A DNA stretch of 64,000 nucleotides, from contig OZ253555.1 in the NCBI GenBank assembly GCA_965262725.1, positions 608,001 to 672,000 on the forward strand, given 5' to 3'. This document shows, piece after piece, positions 20,939 through 31,919 of this stretch. The stretch is from Dehalococcoidia bacterium (GTDB lineage: Bacteria; Chloroflexota; Dehalococcoidia; UBA2979). The position numbers and the translations under genes are program-made. The notes below the pieces were generated by a model that was given only the letters and a program-made list of their open reading frames with translations, had not been told where the DNA came from and ran no database searches. The stretch's first letter is position 1, and the number at the start of each line of letters is the position of its first letter.

Positions 20939-21712
20939 TCAATCACCTCCCGTCTGCGCCTCGAGCAGGGCGCGGTGCGGCGAGAGCCGCTGGCGGTAGC
21001 TATCGCCCTCGATCACGATCTGGTAGCTGGCGTTCGCGAGCCGGTCGAGGGCGCTGTTGCCGAGGATCGGGTCGTCGAAGAGACCCAGCCATTCCTCCAC
21101 GGCGCGGTTCGAGGTGATCACGAAGCTCGAGCTGCGGTGGCGCCCGATGACCAGCTCGTAGAGGTCGATGGACTGCTGCGCGCTGAGGCGATGGAGCCCG
21201 AGGTCGTCGAGGATGAGCAGGTCGGGCGCGAGGAAGCTTCGGAAGACCTTCTCGGCCGAGTGGTCGACGCGGGCCTGCGCCATCTCGCGGAAGTAGTGGT
21301 CGGCCGGGGCGAAGCGCACGGTGCGTCCGGAGCGGACGGCTGAGTAGCCGAGCGCCTGGGCTAAGAAGCTCTTGCCGACGCCGACGGGGCCGACGAGCAG
21401 GACGTGCTCGCGGCGGTCGAGGAAGTGCAGCGAGAAGGCGGCGTCGAGCAGGCGGCGGTCGAGCCGGATGGCGGCCGCCCAGTCGAAGTCCTCGAGGCGG
21501 CAGAGCTGCTCGAAGCCGGCCTGGCGCAGGCGCAGCTCCAACCGCCCGTGGTCGCGGCGGCTCACCTCGTCGACGAGCAGGATCTGCAGGAAGTCCGCGT
21601 AGTCGAGGTGGTCGCGCCGCGCGAGGGCGATGCGCTCGGGCAACGTGTCGAGCATACGGCCGAGCTTGAGGCGCTTGAGCAGCGGACGGAGGTCTGAGGT
21701 GGTGGCGGTCAT
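20939..21712 (-). CDS. istB: IS21 helper ATPase
   Basis: GPVGVGKS, LLILDDLG, ITSN, LDRL. Confidence 0.95.
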   Translation of the reverse strand: MTATTSDLRPLLKRLKLGRMLDTLPERIALARRDHLDYADFLQILLVDEVSRRDHGRLELRLRQAGFEQLCRLEDFDWAAAIRLDRRLLDAAFSLHFLDRREHVLLVGPVGVGKSFLAQALGYSAVRSGRTVRFAPADHYFREMAQARVDHSAEKVFRSFLAPDLLILDDLGLHRLSAQQSIDLYELVIGRHRSSSFVITSNRAVEEWLGLFDDPILGNSALDRLANASYQIVIEGDSYRQRLSPHRALLEAQTGGD

Positions 21713-23289
21713 CGTGGTGCTCCTGTCGGGGTCTGCGTGCGGGACTGTGCGAAGACGGAGCCCGAGTGGGCGAAGCGCCCCGGAGGCGGCGGCAGCTCGG
21801 GCTGGTCTGGGGTGCTCTCCTGGTCGAGGGCCTCGACGAGGATGCGCTCGAGGCGGCGCACGTCGATGAGGTCGACCTCGAGCGCGCGGCGGCAGGCGGC
21901 GTCGAGGCGGTCCGGGGAGTAGCGCTCGGCGAGGCGCAGCAGCTTGTGGCCCTGCCGCAGCTTCGCCCAGGGCAGGGAGCCCTCGAAGAGACGCTCGGCG
22001 TAGGCGCCCACGGCCTCCCCCAGCTCGGCGGCGCGGCGCTGTATCCAGTCGGGCGCCCGCCTGGTGTAGGGGGTGAGCTCGGCCGGGTAGTCGTTCGGGT
22101 CGGTGGCGCGGCCGCCCCGGCGCTGGCGCGGGTGGACCTTGATGAGCTGACCGCGGTGGTAGATGCGCACCAGCTTCGAGCCGAGCTGCACCTCGACCTT
22201 CTGGCGGGGCGGGCAGGCCGTGGACGGCACCGAGTACAGCGCGTACTGGCAGGCGATGTGGTGGTCGGGATGGACCGTGGCGGTCCGCCAGTCGGGGACC
22301 TCGTAGGGCTCGCCGTCCCAGGGAGCGAGGAGAGGGAGCTCCTCCTCCCGGAAGACCTCGAGCGGCCGGCGGCGGGTCGTGCCGTGGATGCGCTGTCCCG
22401 CCACCTCCAGGCACCAGCTGCGGGCGGCGGAGCGCAGGTCGACGACGTCCCGGAAGTCGCCGCCCTTGAAGAGGCGCTCGCGCACGTAGGGGATGCTGCG
22501 CTCGACGCGCGGCTTGTCGCGGGGATGACGCACGCGCGCGGGGTCGGTGATGAAGCCTCTGTGGCGGGCGTACTCGAGGAAGCCCCGCGTGAAGCGCGGG
22601 TGCAGCGCGTCGGCCCCGGCGACGGCGGCCGGGAAGTTATCGATGACGAGGTAGCGGGGCACGCCCCCGAAGAAGGCCCAGGCCTCCTCCAGGCCCTCGA
22701 TCACAGCGTCCAGCGTCTGGCTGGTGGTGGGCCACACAAAGCAGTGGCGTGAGTAGCGCCAGACGACGACCAGCGCCCACACCGCGCGCCGGCGGCCGCT
22801 CTCGGGGTCCCGGATGAAGCCGAGGCGGCCGAAGTCCATCTCCGCCACCTCGCCCGGCGGCCCGTCGTCCATGCGCACGGTCGACGGCAGCCGGTGGCGC
22901 CAGCCGCGGCGCCGGATGAAACGCCGCAGCGTGGTGTAGGAGACCTCGCAGCCTCGTCCGGCGAGGAGCTCCTGGATGCGCGTCAGTTGCAGGCGGTCGG
23001 TCTCAAGCCAGCGCTCGATCTGCTCCGCCCAGGGCGAGAGCAGCTCTTCGCTCGGCGCCTCGACCTGCCGCGGGCCGGAGAGGCTCAGCGTCGCCAGCGC
23101 GGCGAGCTGCTCCTCACTCGGCTCGGGACCGTCAGGTGTGAGGCCGGCCGCTTCGGCCGCGTCGATGTAGCGGCGGACCGTCTGACGCGACAACCCCATC
23201 CCGCTGGCGATGCGGCGCTGGCTGAGCCCCGCCTGCCAGCGACGAATGATCTCCTGAATCTCCACCCCGTGTACCTCCCGGTAGGCCAT
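21709..23289 (-). CDS. istA: IS21 transposase
   Basis: N-terminal HTH, PGEVAEMDFG, IDN, PRDKPRVE, YSVP. Confidence 0.95.
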   Translation of the reverse strand: MAYREVHGVEIQEIIRRWQAGLSQRRIASGMGLSRQTVRRYIDAAEAAGLTPDGPEPSEEQLAALATLSLSGPRQVEAPSEELLSPWAEQIERWLETDRLQLTRIQELLAGRGCEVSYTTLRRFIRRRGWRHRLPSTVRMDDGPPGEVAEMDFGRLGFIRDPESGRRRAVWALVVVWRYSRHCFVWPTTSQTLDAVIEGLEEAWAFFGGVPRYLVIDNFPAAVAGADALHPRFTRGFLEYARHRGFITDPARVRHPRDKPRVERSIPYVRERLFKGGDFRDVVDLRSAARSWCLEVAGQRIHGTTRRRPLEVFREEELPLLAPWDGEPYEVPDWRTATVHPDHHIACQYALYSVPSTACPPRQKVEVQLGSKLVRIYHRGQLIKVHPRQRRGGRATDPNDYPAELTPYTRRAPDWIQRRAAELGEAVGAYAERLFEGSLPWAKLRQGHKLLRLAERYSPDRLDAACRRALEVDLIDVRRLERILVEALDQESTPDQPELPPPPGRFAHSGSVFAQSRTQTPTGAPR

Positions 23290-23756
23290 CGCTGCTCCCT
23301 CCGCTGGGGATGCAGGCGATGGTGGCCGTACCGGCGGCCCGAGTGGTCAGACCCCCCGGAGGGGTGGCTCAATGACCTTGGCGAAGTGGCACATAGACCC
23401 TGGCGATCTCGCCGTTTGCTGGTCTATAGATCCTGGCGATTCACACGCCCGGTGTGGGCGCATGTCGGCCGGGCCGGCCTCGGGGCCACCGACCGGTGAG
23501 ACCCCCCGGGGGCAGTCACCAAGATGGCCTGTGACGGACCCCGGCGCCAGCGCGGCACATCCACGAGAGGACCGAGACACGTAGTATGTAACAGTGGGTG
23601 CACCGTCGGTGGCTGGTGTGTCCTGTCGAGATCGGCGAGCCAGCAGCGATGGCAGGAGCAGGTCCCTCCGCACGTGCTCTAGCAGCGGCACGACAATCGT
23701 TGTAGGCTCCACGTACCAATAGGCCTGAGTGCCTTAGGCGGGGAAGGAAGTACACG

Positions 23757-25451
23757 ATGGGTATGGAGTTCTTGCATAGTCGTGTTTCGAGGCGCGCCCT
23801 GATCCGGGGAGGTGCCCTGGGCGGCGTGGGTCTCGCCACGGCGGCCGTCATCGGATGCGGCGACGACGACGACGACGACGACGCGCCGGCGGTACAGGCG
23901 ACTCCCACCGCCACAGCAGCCGCCGGAGCGACGGTGGCACCGACCGCCGCACCGACGGCGGCGCCCACGGAGGCGCCCAGCGCGGCAATGGTGCAGGGCC
24001 GACAGAACAAGGCACCATCGATGGACCCGAACACGACGGCTCTGGCACCTGCCGAGTATTACGCCGTGTACGACCCGCTCACGCGACTCGACGTCACCGG
24101 CGGCGTCGTCACGCCGGCACTCGCGGAGTCCTGGGAGCCGCAGGGCCGGGACTGGATCTTCAATCTCCGCGAGGCGGAGTGGTCCGACGGCATGCCGTTC
24201 ACGGCTGCGGACGTGAAGTTCAGCTTCGAGTACTACGCGAACCCGGACAACATGTCGCGGCTCATCTCCCGCGTCAACACACAGGAGTCGGTGGTCGCCG
24301 TCGACGATCGCACCGTGCGGATCCGGGCAACGGGGACCGACCCGATCATGCCGCGGCGCGCCGCGCTCCCGTACGTTCTGCCGAAGCACGTGTACGAGGC
24401 GACCGGTAGCCAGACGACGTTCTCCGAGGCGCTCGCGAAGAACCCGGTGGGTACCGCTTCCTACGTCACGACGAACATCGTGCAGGACCAGTCGATCGAC
24501 TTCATGGCGAGCCCGTCGTCCTGGCGCGGCAACAAGGGCTTCACGCAGGCGAAGCTCAACATCATCGAGGAGTTCACGACACTGGTCGCGGCGCTGGAGA
24601 CTCGGGAGCTCGACTTCATGTCGAGGGTGCCGGCCACCGAGGTGGCGCGCGTGAACACCTTCAGCGATATCACGACGGGCGGCCCGGCATCGCTCGGCGC
24701 GCAGCACTGGGACTTCAACAACCGTCTCGCCGAGCAGAACCCCACGAACGATGTGCGCGTACGGCGGGCGCTGATCAACGCGATCGACGCGCCGCTCGTC
24801 ATCGAAGCGGTCTACCGCTCGCTGGGATCGCCGGCACTGAACCAGATCCCGAGCGAGCCCGTGTTCGGCTTCAGCCCGGAGAAGACGCCGATCCCCTACG
24901 ACCCCGACAAGTCGCGCCAGTTGCTGAAGGACGCCGGTTTCCCGAACGGCTTCCGCATGCAGGTCGACAGCCGGCTCGCCGGCGATGCCAAGGCGGAGGT
25001 CGAGGCAACCACTGGCTTCTGGAACGAAATCGGACTCGACACCAGCATCAACGTGCTGGAGATCAACATCTGGCGCGACCGGCTCTACGGTCGCGAGCAG
25101 GCCGCGTGGCCCGGCGCCTTCAACGCCGGCTGGGTTGCCTACCTCTACGACGCCTCGTTCCTCTACGACTGGTACGAGGGTGCCGGGGCGTACCGCCTGT
25201 GGGATGGGCCCGAGGACGCGACCGCGAAGCGCTTCGACGAACTCTACGCCGCGGCGATCGTGGAGCTCGACGAGGAGGCGCGTGCGGGCCTCTACAGGCA
25301 GATCAACGATCTCTTCTCGTACGAGGGGGACGCGCCTGTCGGGCCGACGCGCTACGGGGTCAGCCCGAATGCGTGGTACACGGACGTGATCTCGGACTAC
25401 GTGCCGCGAAGCTTCCCCGAGATCAACTACGACGAGGTTACGCCGGCGTAG
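23757..25451 (+). CDS. ABC transporter substrate-binding protein, family 5 (Tat lipoprotein)
   Basis: SRRALIR twin-arginine, IGC lipobox, PALAESW, WSDG.PFTA.DV, VRRAL..AID. Confidence 0.9.
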   Translation: MGMEFLHSRVSRRALIRGGALGGVGLATAAVIGCGDDDDDDDAPAVQATPTATAAAGATVAPTAAPTAAPTEAPSAAMVQGRQNKAPSMDPNTTALAPAEYYAVYDPLTRLDVTGGVVTPALAESWEPQGRDWIFNLREAEWSDGMPFTAADVKFSFEYYANPDNMSRLISRVNTQESVVAVDDRTVRIRATGTDPIMPRRAALPYVLPKHVYEATGSQTTFSEALAKNPVGTASYVTTNIVQDQSIDFMASPSSWRGNKGFTQAKLNIIEEFTTLVAALETRELDFMSRVPATEVARVNTFSDITTGGPASLGAQHWDFNNRLAEQNPTNDVRVRRALINAIDAPLVIEAVYRSLGSPALNQIPSEPVFGFSPEKTPIPYDPDKSRQLLKDAGFPNGFRMQVDSRLAGDAKAEVEATTGFWNEIGLDTSINVLEINIWRDRLYGREQAAWPGAFNAGWVAYLYDASFLYDWYEGAGAYRLWDGPEDATAKRFDELYAAAIVELDEEARAGLYRQINDLFSYEGDAPVGPTRYGVSPNAWYTDVISDYVPRSFPEINYDEVTPA

Positions 25452-25486
25452 GAGTCGTTCGGGGCACGCACGCGAATGACGTGGCG

Positions 25487-25512
25487 CTAGGGGAGGCGAG
25501 AGCCTCCCCTAG
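25487..25512 (+). terminator. Stem-loop downstream of the substrate-binding protein gene
   Basis: CTAGGGGAGGC-GAGA-GCCTCCCCTAG perfect 11-bp stem; no U-tract. Confidence 0.6.
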
Positions 25513-25729
25513 TCATGCCATGCGCGGCGGCGAGCTCAGGCGCCTTCGCGTCACGTGCGGATCACACGGGTCAGCGCCAACAAGAAGACGAGGCGTTCTT
25601 CGTTGCCCGGCAGAGAGCCGTGGGCTCCCCGAGTCCCGGCGCTTTGCGGGGGGTTGCCCCACGGGATGGGTGGATGTCCGGGACGTCCTGGCCGCCCCGG
25701 GTGAGAATTCCGCGGCGTAGACTCCCGAC

Positions 25730-26401
25730 GTGCGCCTTCTCCTCTTCGATATCGACGGTACGCTGATCGAGAGCGGAGGCGCTGGTCGGGCAGCTCTGGC
25801 CGAGGCCAGCGCCTCCGAACTGGGTCTCCCCGGGCTCGATGGCGTCGCCTTCGCCGGGCGATCGGATCGTGCCATCGTCCGGGATGTGCTCGTGCGCGCG
25901 GGCGTTCCTCCCACAGCGGCCGCGCGCGACCGCATCGTCACCGCCTATCTGGCGCGCCTCCCGGAGGCTCTCGTGAGCCACGACGGCCACATCCTGGACG
26001 GCGTCGTGGAGCTGCTCGATGCGCTGGCGGACTCGCACGCCTCGGTGGGCCTCGCGACGGGCAACCTGAGGCGGGGCGCCGAGCTCAAGCTACGCCACTA
26101 CGGCCTCTGGGAGCGCTTTCGTGCGGGTGGCTTCGGCGATGTCTCTTCCGACCGGGCGGAGATCGTTGCGGTTGCGATCGAAGCACTCGCCGAGGCCTCC
26201 GGCGTCGATGCATCCTCCGCTCGCCCGGTCGTCATCGGGGACACCCCACACGACGTCACCGCCGGACGCGCCGCCGGCGCTCGTGTTCTCGCGGTGGCGA
26301 CCGGGACGTACGGCGAGGACGCCCTGCGCCGGAGTGGAGCCGATCTCGTCCTCGGCGACCTGACCGAGACCGCATCGGCCCTCGATTTCCTCTTGGCGTA
26401 G
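25730..26401 (+). CDS. HAD-family hydrolase
   Basis: LFDIDGTL, ATGN, IGDTPHD. Confidence 0.92.
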   Translation: MRLLLFDIDGTLIESGGAGRAALAEASASELGLPGLDGVAFAGRSDRAIVRDVLVRAGVPPTAAARDRIVTAYLARLPEALVSHDGHILDGVVELLDALADSHASVGLATGNLRRGAELKLRHYGLWERFRAGGFGDVSSDRAEIVAVAIEALAEASGVDASSARPVVIGDTPHDVTAGRAAGARVLAVATGTYGEDALRRSGADLVLGDLTETASALDFLLA

Positions 26402-26520
26402 CGCCGCGGTGGACCAGAGATCACGCCCCGTGCCGGGCGGCTCACGGTGTTCCCGGGCAGAACCCGGAAGGGCTCAGCGGTTCGTCACTGTCGCGGCTCG
26501 GCCGGCCTTGCCTTGGGGCT

Positions 26521-26585
26521 TGGCGGGAGTGCGTGGGAGTCGAACCCACCCAGGACTGCGACGCAGCCCCACAACGGTTTTGAAG
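26521..26585 (-). tRNA. selC: 3' half of tRNA-Sec (att duplication, not an intact gene)
   Basis: CUUCAAA loop (UCA anticodon), long variable arm, 5-bp T stem with UUCGACU, 8-nt acceptor strand and GCCA end; upstream sequence cannot form the anticodon stem, D arm or acceptor 5' strand. Confidence 0.88.
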
Positions 26586-26851
26586 TTCCGACCGGTACGT
26601 CCCGCCGCGTGTTGGCACGTCCCCTCTCAAACCTGAGAGTCCGCAAAATCAGCGTCTCTCGTGCCCGTCTGTCCTGCCTCATTTCGTTCCGTGGTGACAG
26701 ATTTGACGCCAAATTGACGCCAACGGCCAAGTGGATCGCCGGTGGCGTCGGCGCTGGCGAGGTCGCCTGCTGGGGCACCCATGAGGACGGTGGGAGCGCA
26801 TTCGTACCCACCTTGCCCGTTACGGGGAGCGAGGGGAGTCGCTTAGAGCGG

Positions 26852-29800
26852 TCAGATCAGGGCGATACAGTCGTCGAGGAAGGAGTGGACATCGGCGTTG
26901 GGCACCCCCCAACCGAGACTCTCGAGCACCAATTGCTTGAGGTCGGCCTTCTTCATCGCCGGCTCCGCCTCCAGTAGTTGACGGAGGAGGGCGAGTACCT
27001 CGTCGGGCGGCATCTCGTCCACTCGGCGCTCCCCGCGCTTCCGGACGACTGCCTCTTTCGCCCCCGGTAGCCATAGCACGCGCAGCGCCTGACCTGGCCG
27101 GCCTAGGATGTCCGTGGCCTCGACGAGTCCCTGTCGCTCTGCTGCTGAGCAGGCCCGGTTCAGCGCTCGACGGGCGCGCTGTGTAACGTACTGCTTGCCC
27201 GAAGCGCGCACGATCACTCGATAGGCGCGACGAGCGACAACGGGGCCCTCGATCGCCACGATCTCGGTCAGCAGGTCTACGAGATGCTCCGTGCTGATGC
27301 TTTCCGCCTCGGGGATAGCACCCGACGGGTGCCACGACACGTAGGCGGCGAGCACGTGGGCAGGCAGCACATGCTCGCCCGAAGCCTGGTGACCAGCGGG
27401 CGGTAGCGGCAGTTGCTGGTCGCGGCCCGCGACCGGAGCCTCGGCCGATCGCGGGTCTTGGCCGGCCGCGACGTTCCCACCAGCGGGCGCCTCCCCGGAC
27501 CCGCGCGGGAGATCCCTTGGCACGCGATCGCCTGCAGAATCTCGTGGGGAGGCTTCGTCGTCGCCACGCGCTGAAGAGGATGGCTCCGGCGCCGCCTCGT
27601 TCGGAGACACGTCCACGCGGGACGCGCCTCGTGTTCCGGACGAACGATTGGATGGGTCCCCTGCGGGGTTCTCCCGAGTAGCATCATGGCCGTCGCGAGC
27701 GGTCTCGCCATGTAGATCCTCCGATCGCTCGGCTTCGTCGCCGCCCGCAGATTGCGTCGCTCGGGCCCGTTCCAGGGCCTCTTCGATTGCTGCCACCTCG
27801 GCGTCTGGATCCCGGATCCACGCCGTCGACCACACGCGGTGGATGCGCCACCCGAGGCCTTCGAGCACGTTCTGGCGGAGCCAGTCACGGTCGCGCGCGG
27901 CCGGGGAGCTGTGATAGGTCGCGCCGTCGCACTCGATTCCCAGGTCGAAGCCCGGCCCGCTCTCGGAACGAATCGCCAGGTCGATGCGGTACCCCGACAC
28001 TCCGACCTGCGAATCGACACGGTGGCCGCGACGCCGGAGCGCATCGCGCACCGCCTCCTCGAAGGGGCTCTCCGGCTCACCCAGGCCCGTGACTTCGCTG
28101 TCGAGCGCAGTCTCCGGCTTCTGGACGTACTCGAGGTATCGGCGAAGCTGCCGCGCGCCGGGTGTGGTCGACGTGATGCTCTCCGGTCGTAGCGAGCGTA
28201 CGACGGTCATCGACCTGCGAGCGCGCGTCACCGCAACGTTGAGGCGGCGTTCGCCGCCTGCCCGATTGAGGGGTCCGAAGTTGTTCCGCACGACGCCCGC
28301 TGCGGTCGGCCCGTAGCCGATGGAGAGCACCACGTGGTCCCGCTCGTCGCCCTGCACGTTCTCGAGGTTCTTGACGAAGAATCGCTCCGGCACGTCCTCG
28401 CGGAACCGATCGTCGAGGTGACGGCGCCTGATCCTCTCGAGGTCGATGAGGCTCTGGATGAGATCGGCCTGCGGGCGCGAGAGCGCGCCGGCGTTCGCCC
28501 GAGCCGGCTTCACACAGCAGCTCGCGCAGGACCGACTCGTTCCACTCGCGCGACGCGACCAGCGAGCGCAGCGCTTCCATGTCTGCGTCGATCGCCACCC
28601 AGTCGGTCTCCCGTCCCCGGAATCGCCTACCGATCTCGGCACCAAGGCTGCCCTCGAGCTCCCGCCAGCGCTGCCGGCCGCGTTCCACCTCGAGGGCGCC
28701 TCGGACCGCTTCCAGCGACTCGGCAAGTGTCAGCCGGGCGGGAGAGCGCAGCTGACCCCGGATCACGCGCTGATCCCTGCGGTACGCACCGCCGACGAGT
28801 CGCTTCCAGCGGCTCTGGTGGTCGGTGCGGTAGCGCACGAGCATCTCGTCGTCCACGAGATCGACCAGCGTCTCGGCGTAGCGCTCAGTGAGGGCGGCCT
28901 CGTCGGCGCCGAGTCGCTCGAGCAGCGAGCTCGCGTCCTTGCACGCGGCTTCCGCTTCGTCTCGTCGCTCGGCATCGAGCCAGTGCTCCGGCACGGGACG
29001 GAGGCCGACGATGGCCTCCGCCACGCCCCCTGCATCCTCGAGGTCGCGCAGTGTCCGCGGACCTTCCTGGTCGAGCGCGGCGGCGATGGATGCCGCGCTC
29101 GACCCGAACCGGCCGAACGCGTCGGCGATCGCCTCGGCCTGGTCGGCGAGGGGGCCGGGGTCCTTGCTCAGGGCGCCGGACCAACCCGGCCCGGCCGCGA
29201 CTGCTATGACCTCCTCCTCCGCGGGTGCGAGGACGAGCCTCTCGCGCATCGTCCGATAGTCGAGAGTCGGCGCCGCGCCGCCACAGGCCGAGGCGAGCCT
29301 CTCCTCGAGTTGCCGACGCACTTGTTGTTGCTGCTGTTGCTCGCCTACGACCTTGCGCAGGCGTCCGACGACGCCGCGCTCCAGCCACGGCCCGGGCACG
29401 GCATGCCCTCTCGCCAGCGTCGCCAGTAGGTCGATCTGGCGGCTCGCGTCTCCCACAGACCGAACGTCCCCCGCTCCCAGCCAGTCGGCGTGGCCGCTCA
29501 GGTGCTCACGAAGCCGCGCGATGGCCTCCAATGCCTGTTCGAGATCCGCCCGGATGCGGCCGATGAGTTGCAGCGAGCCCTGCGATGACCTGAGCGCTCT
29601 CCACGGGCTCGACTCGTGGGCACGGAACTCGTCGGGCCGGCGCGCGACGCGGGCGGCGGTCTCACGAACTTCCCAGATCCACTGCTGGTCGAGTTCGGAG
29701 GCCGGGGGCGTCGTGAAGGAGTCGAAGCGCGCCGTCCCGTGAAGGCGCGCGTACTCACCCTGTACTTGGTGGATCGAGAGGCCGAGCGGCTCGCGCCTCT

Positions 29801-31130
29801 GGTGGAGGAGCCGCACGACGCGGTTGAGACGGTTCCGGTGGGCTGCCAGATCCTCGATGGTGCTGGTGTCCGGTGTGTGCTCCCTTCGCTGAGAATCGTC
29901 CACTGCGCGTCGGAGCTGGACGTAGACCTCGCGCTTGCGTCCCCTGTCGCTGTGCAGATCGAGGCAGAAGATGCCGAGCCCGCATTCCTCCAGTCGGCGC
30001 TTCACCACGTCGAGTGCCGACGTCTTCTCGCTCACGAAGAGAACGCGCTTCCCGTCGGCGATCAGCGTCGCGATCAGGTTCGCGATCGTCTGGCTCTTCC
30101 CCGTGCCCGGGGGGCCGTGGATGACCAGGTGCTCCCCATCGCGTCCCGCCTCGATGGCTTCGAGTTGGCTGTAGTCTGCCGGTAGCACCGTGTACTGGTC
30201 TCGGAGATCCAGCAGATCATCGAGGCGCCCGCCGGCCAGATCCCCGATGCTCGGCGCCGCGTAGCCATCGCCGCGCGGCTCCGACGGGCCCGCCTCGTCT
30301 CCGCCCGCCGCCAGCAGCCGCGTGAGTCCACTGCGGGGCCCGTGCTGCCGCATCTGCTCCAGATCCTCGTGCATGGCGAGCTTCGAGTAGGAGAAGGTGC
30401 CAAGCACGAGGGAATCATCAACTGCCCAGTCCTGCCGGTCTCCGATTCGCTCGCGCACTCGTCCGAGATACGCCTCGATCGATTCCGCCTCGGCCGCTTC
30501 GTCATCCAGGTCGGGTACCTCGACGCCGAGCTTCGCGAGGGAGTGGCGCAGCGTGGGATTGACGATCCGCTCGTCGTCCTCGCGAACGAGGCGGAAGGGA
30601 TCGCGCGGAGACTTCCGCTCGAGATCACAGGGAATCAGGACTAAGGGAGCCCGTCCCCTCACGCCCTCGGAGTCGACCCAGTCAAGAAACCCGGCTGCGA
30701 GGAAGAGTACGTTGATCCCCTGCTCCTCCTCCCACTCGCGATCGCGGCGACGGAGGTTGCCGAGTCTCCGCTGCAAGTCGCCGACCTCGCAGTCGGTTTC
30801 GAGGTCCCCGGTAATGACGACCGGTTCCTCCTCTTGCTGCTCGTCTGACCCGGCTCGATTCGTGAAGCCCGGTCGCGACGTCGCCCGTGGTGGCGCGTAG
30901 GGAAACTCAAGGCCGCGTCGCGACCGGCGAAGTCTGGCGTCGAGCTCGTCGGCCGTGATGCCGGTGATACCGGCGGCACTTCGCCCGGGTTTGAAGTAGA
31001 TGAGGTTGTTGCGGCGGTTCAGCTGAAGCAGCCGCGTCTGCCACTCGCCGATTCTGTGTGCGATGCGATCGCTGCGCGCGTCCACGCCCGGCGGGGCGTT
31101 CGTCGTGTCGCCCGCATCGCTTCGAATCAT
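26852..31130 (-). pseudogene. DUF4011-SF1 helicase-Vsr-like nuclease (Hhe-like), internally deleted
   Basis: WQTRLLQLNRRNNLI, GPPGTGKSQT; C-terminal part NVQGDERD, RRLNVAVTRAR, ESPFE, GIECDG..YHS; frame shift near 28490; Walker B and motifs III-IV absent. Confidence 0.85.
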
Positions 31131-31249
31131 CCCTCGGCTCCCCCGCTCCCGGTGGAATGATAGGGAGATCACGGACTGTGTCGATGCCGAGCCTAGGAAC
31201 GCGCAGGCGAGGCTCCTGGACCCAGGGCACCGACGCTAGGCACAGCGGA

Positions 31250-31673
31250 AGCACGACTACCCCTTGGAGGCCTCGTGCGCTGCGCCCGCTGCGACGAGGC
31301 GACGGTTGGCCAGACGTCGATGGGCAAGTACCGCTCCTACCGCTGCCGCCGGGCCTACAGCGGTCCGCGCCACGACTGCTGTCCGACGCGCTACGCTCGC
31401 GCGGGTGACCTCGAGCGTGCGGTGGTGCGCGAACTCACCACGGTGCTTGCCCTGCCGGACGTGGTGCTGGCAGAGCTGGAGCATGCGTCGTCAAACGACG
31501 CGCGAAACGATGACCTGACTGCGCTTAGCAACTCCTCGCGTCGCTCGACAATCAGCGACAACGGGTGCTCAAGCTCGTCCAGATGGGCGACGTCGATGAG
31601 GCGTACGTGTAGATGGAACTCGAGTCCCTCCGCGTCCGACGCTCGCCGTCAGAGGCGACCATCGCTCGACTGA
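31250..31673 (+). pseudogene. Large serine recombinase remnant (zinc ribbon and coiled coil)
   Basis: GLVRCARC...YRSYRC...C...LERAV with frameshifts and a stop; no catalytic domain. Confidence 0.7.
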
Positions 31674-31919
31674 AGCCGGGCGGGCGGGCTCGGCCCCCAA
31701 ACGCTGCCTGAATGCCCGTCTCGACGACTTCGGGCGGTCAAGACTTTCAGGTGGTGCGCCAGGGCGGCAGCGGACGCCATGGCCGCCGCTTCGGGGATCC
31801 GCCGCGCTACCATGCACAGCCGTGCGTCTGCAGACGCACGGCTTCCCGCCTTGCCAAGAGCGGGCTTCGCGGCGGTGGCGCTGCCGTGCGCCGGCCGGGC
31901 CGGACGAATAGGGCGTGCG

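Larger units (their letters stand above)
20843..23445 (-). mobile_element. IS21-family insertion sequence, complete
   Basis: TG...CA ends; inverted repeats TGTCGATCGCCAGGGTC / TGTGAATCGCCAGGATC with internal repeats; 7-bp target duplication CGCCCGG (20836-20842, 23446-23452). Confidence 0.95.

Noticed and set aside
23865-23885. GAC trinucleotide repeat
   Set aside because: Encodes an ordinary poly-Asp lipoprotein linker
26521-26620. Intact tRNA-Sec gene
   Set aside because: The 5' half cannot pair with the anticodon or acceptor strands; treated as an att fragment
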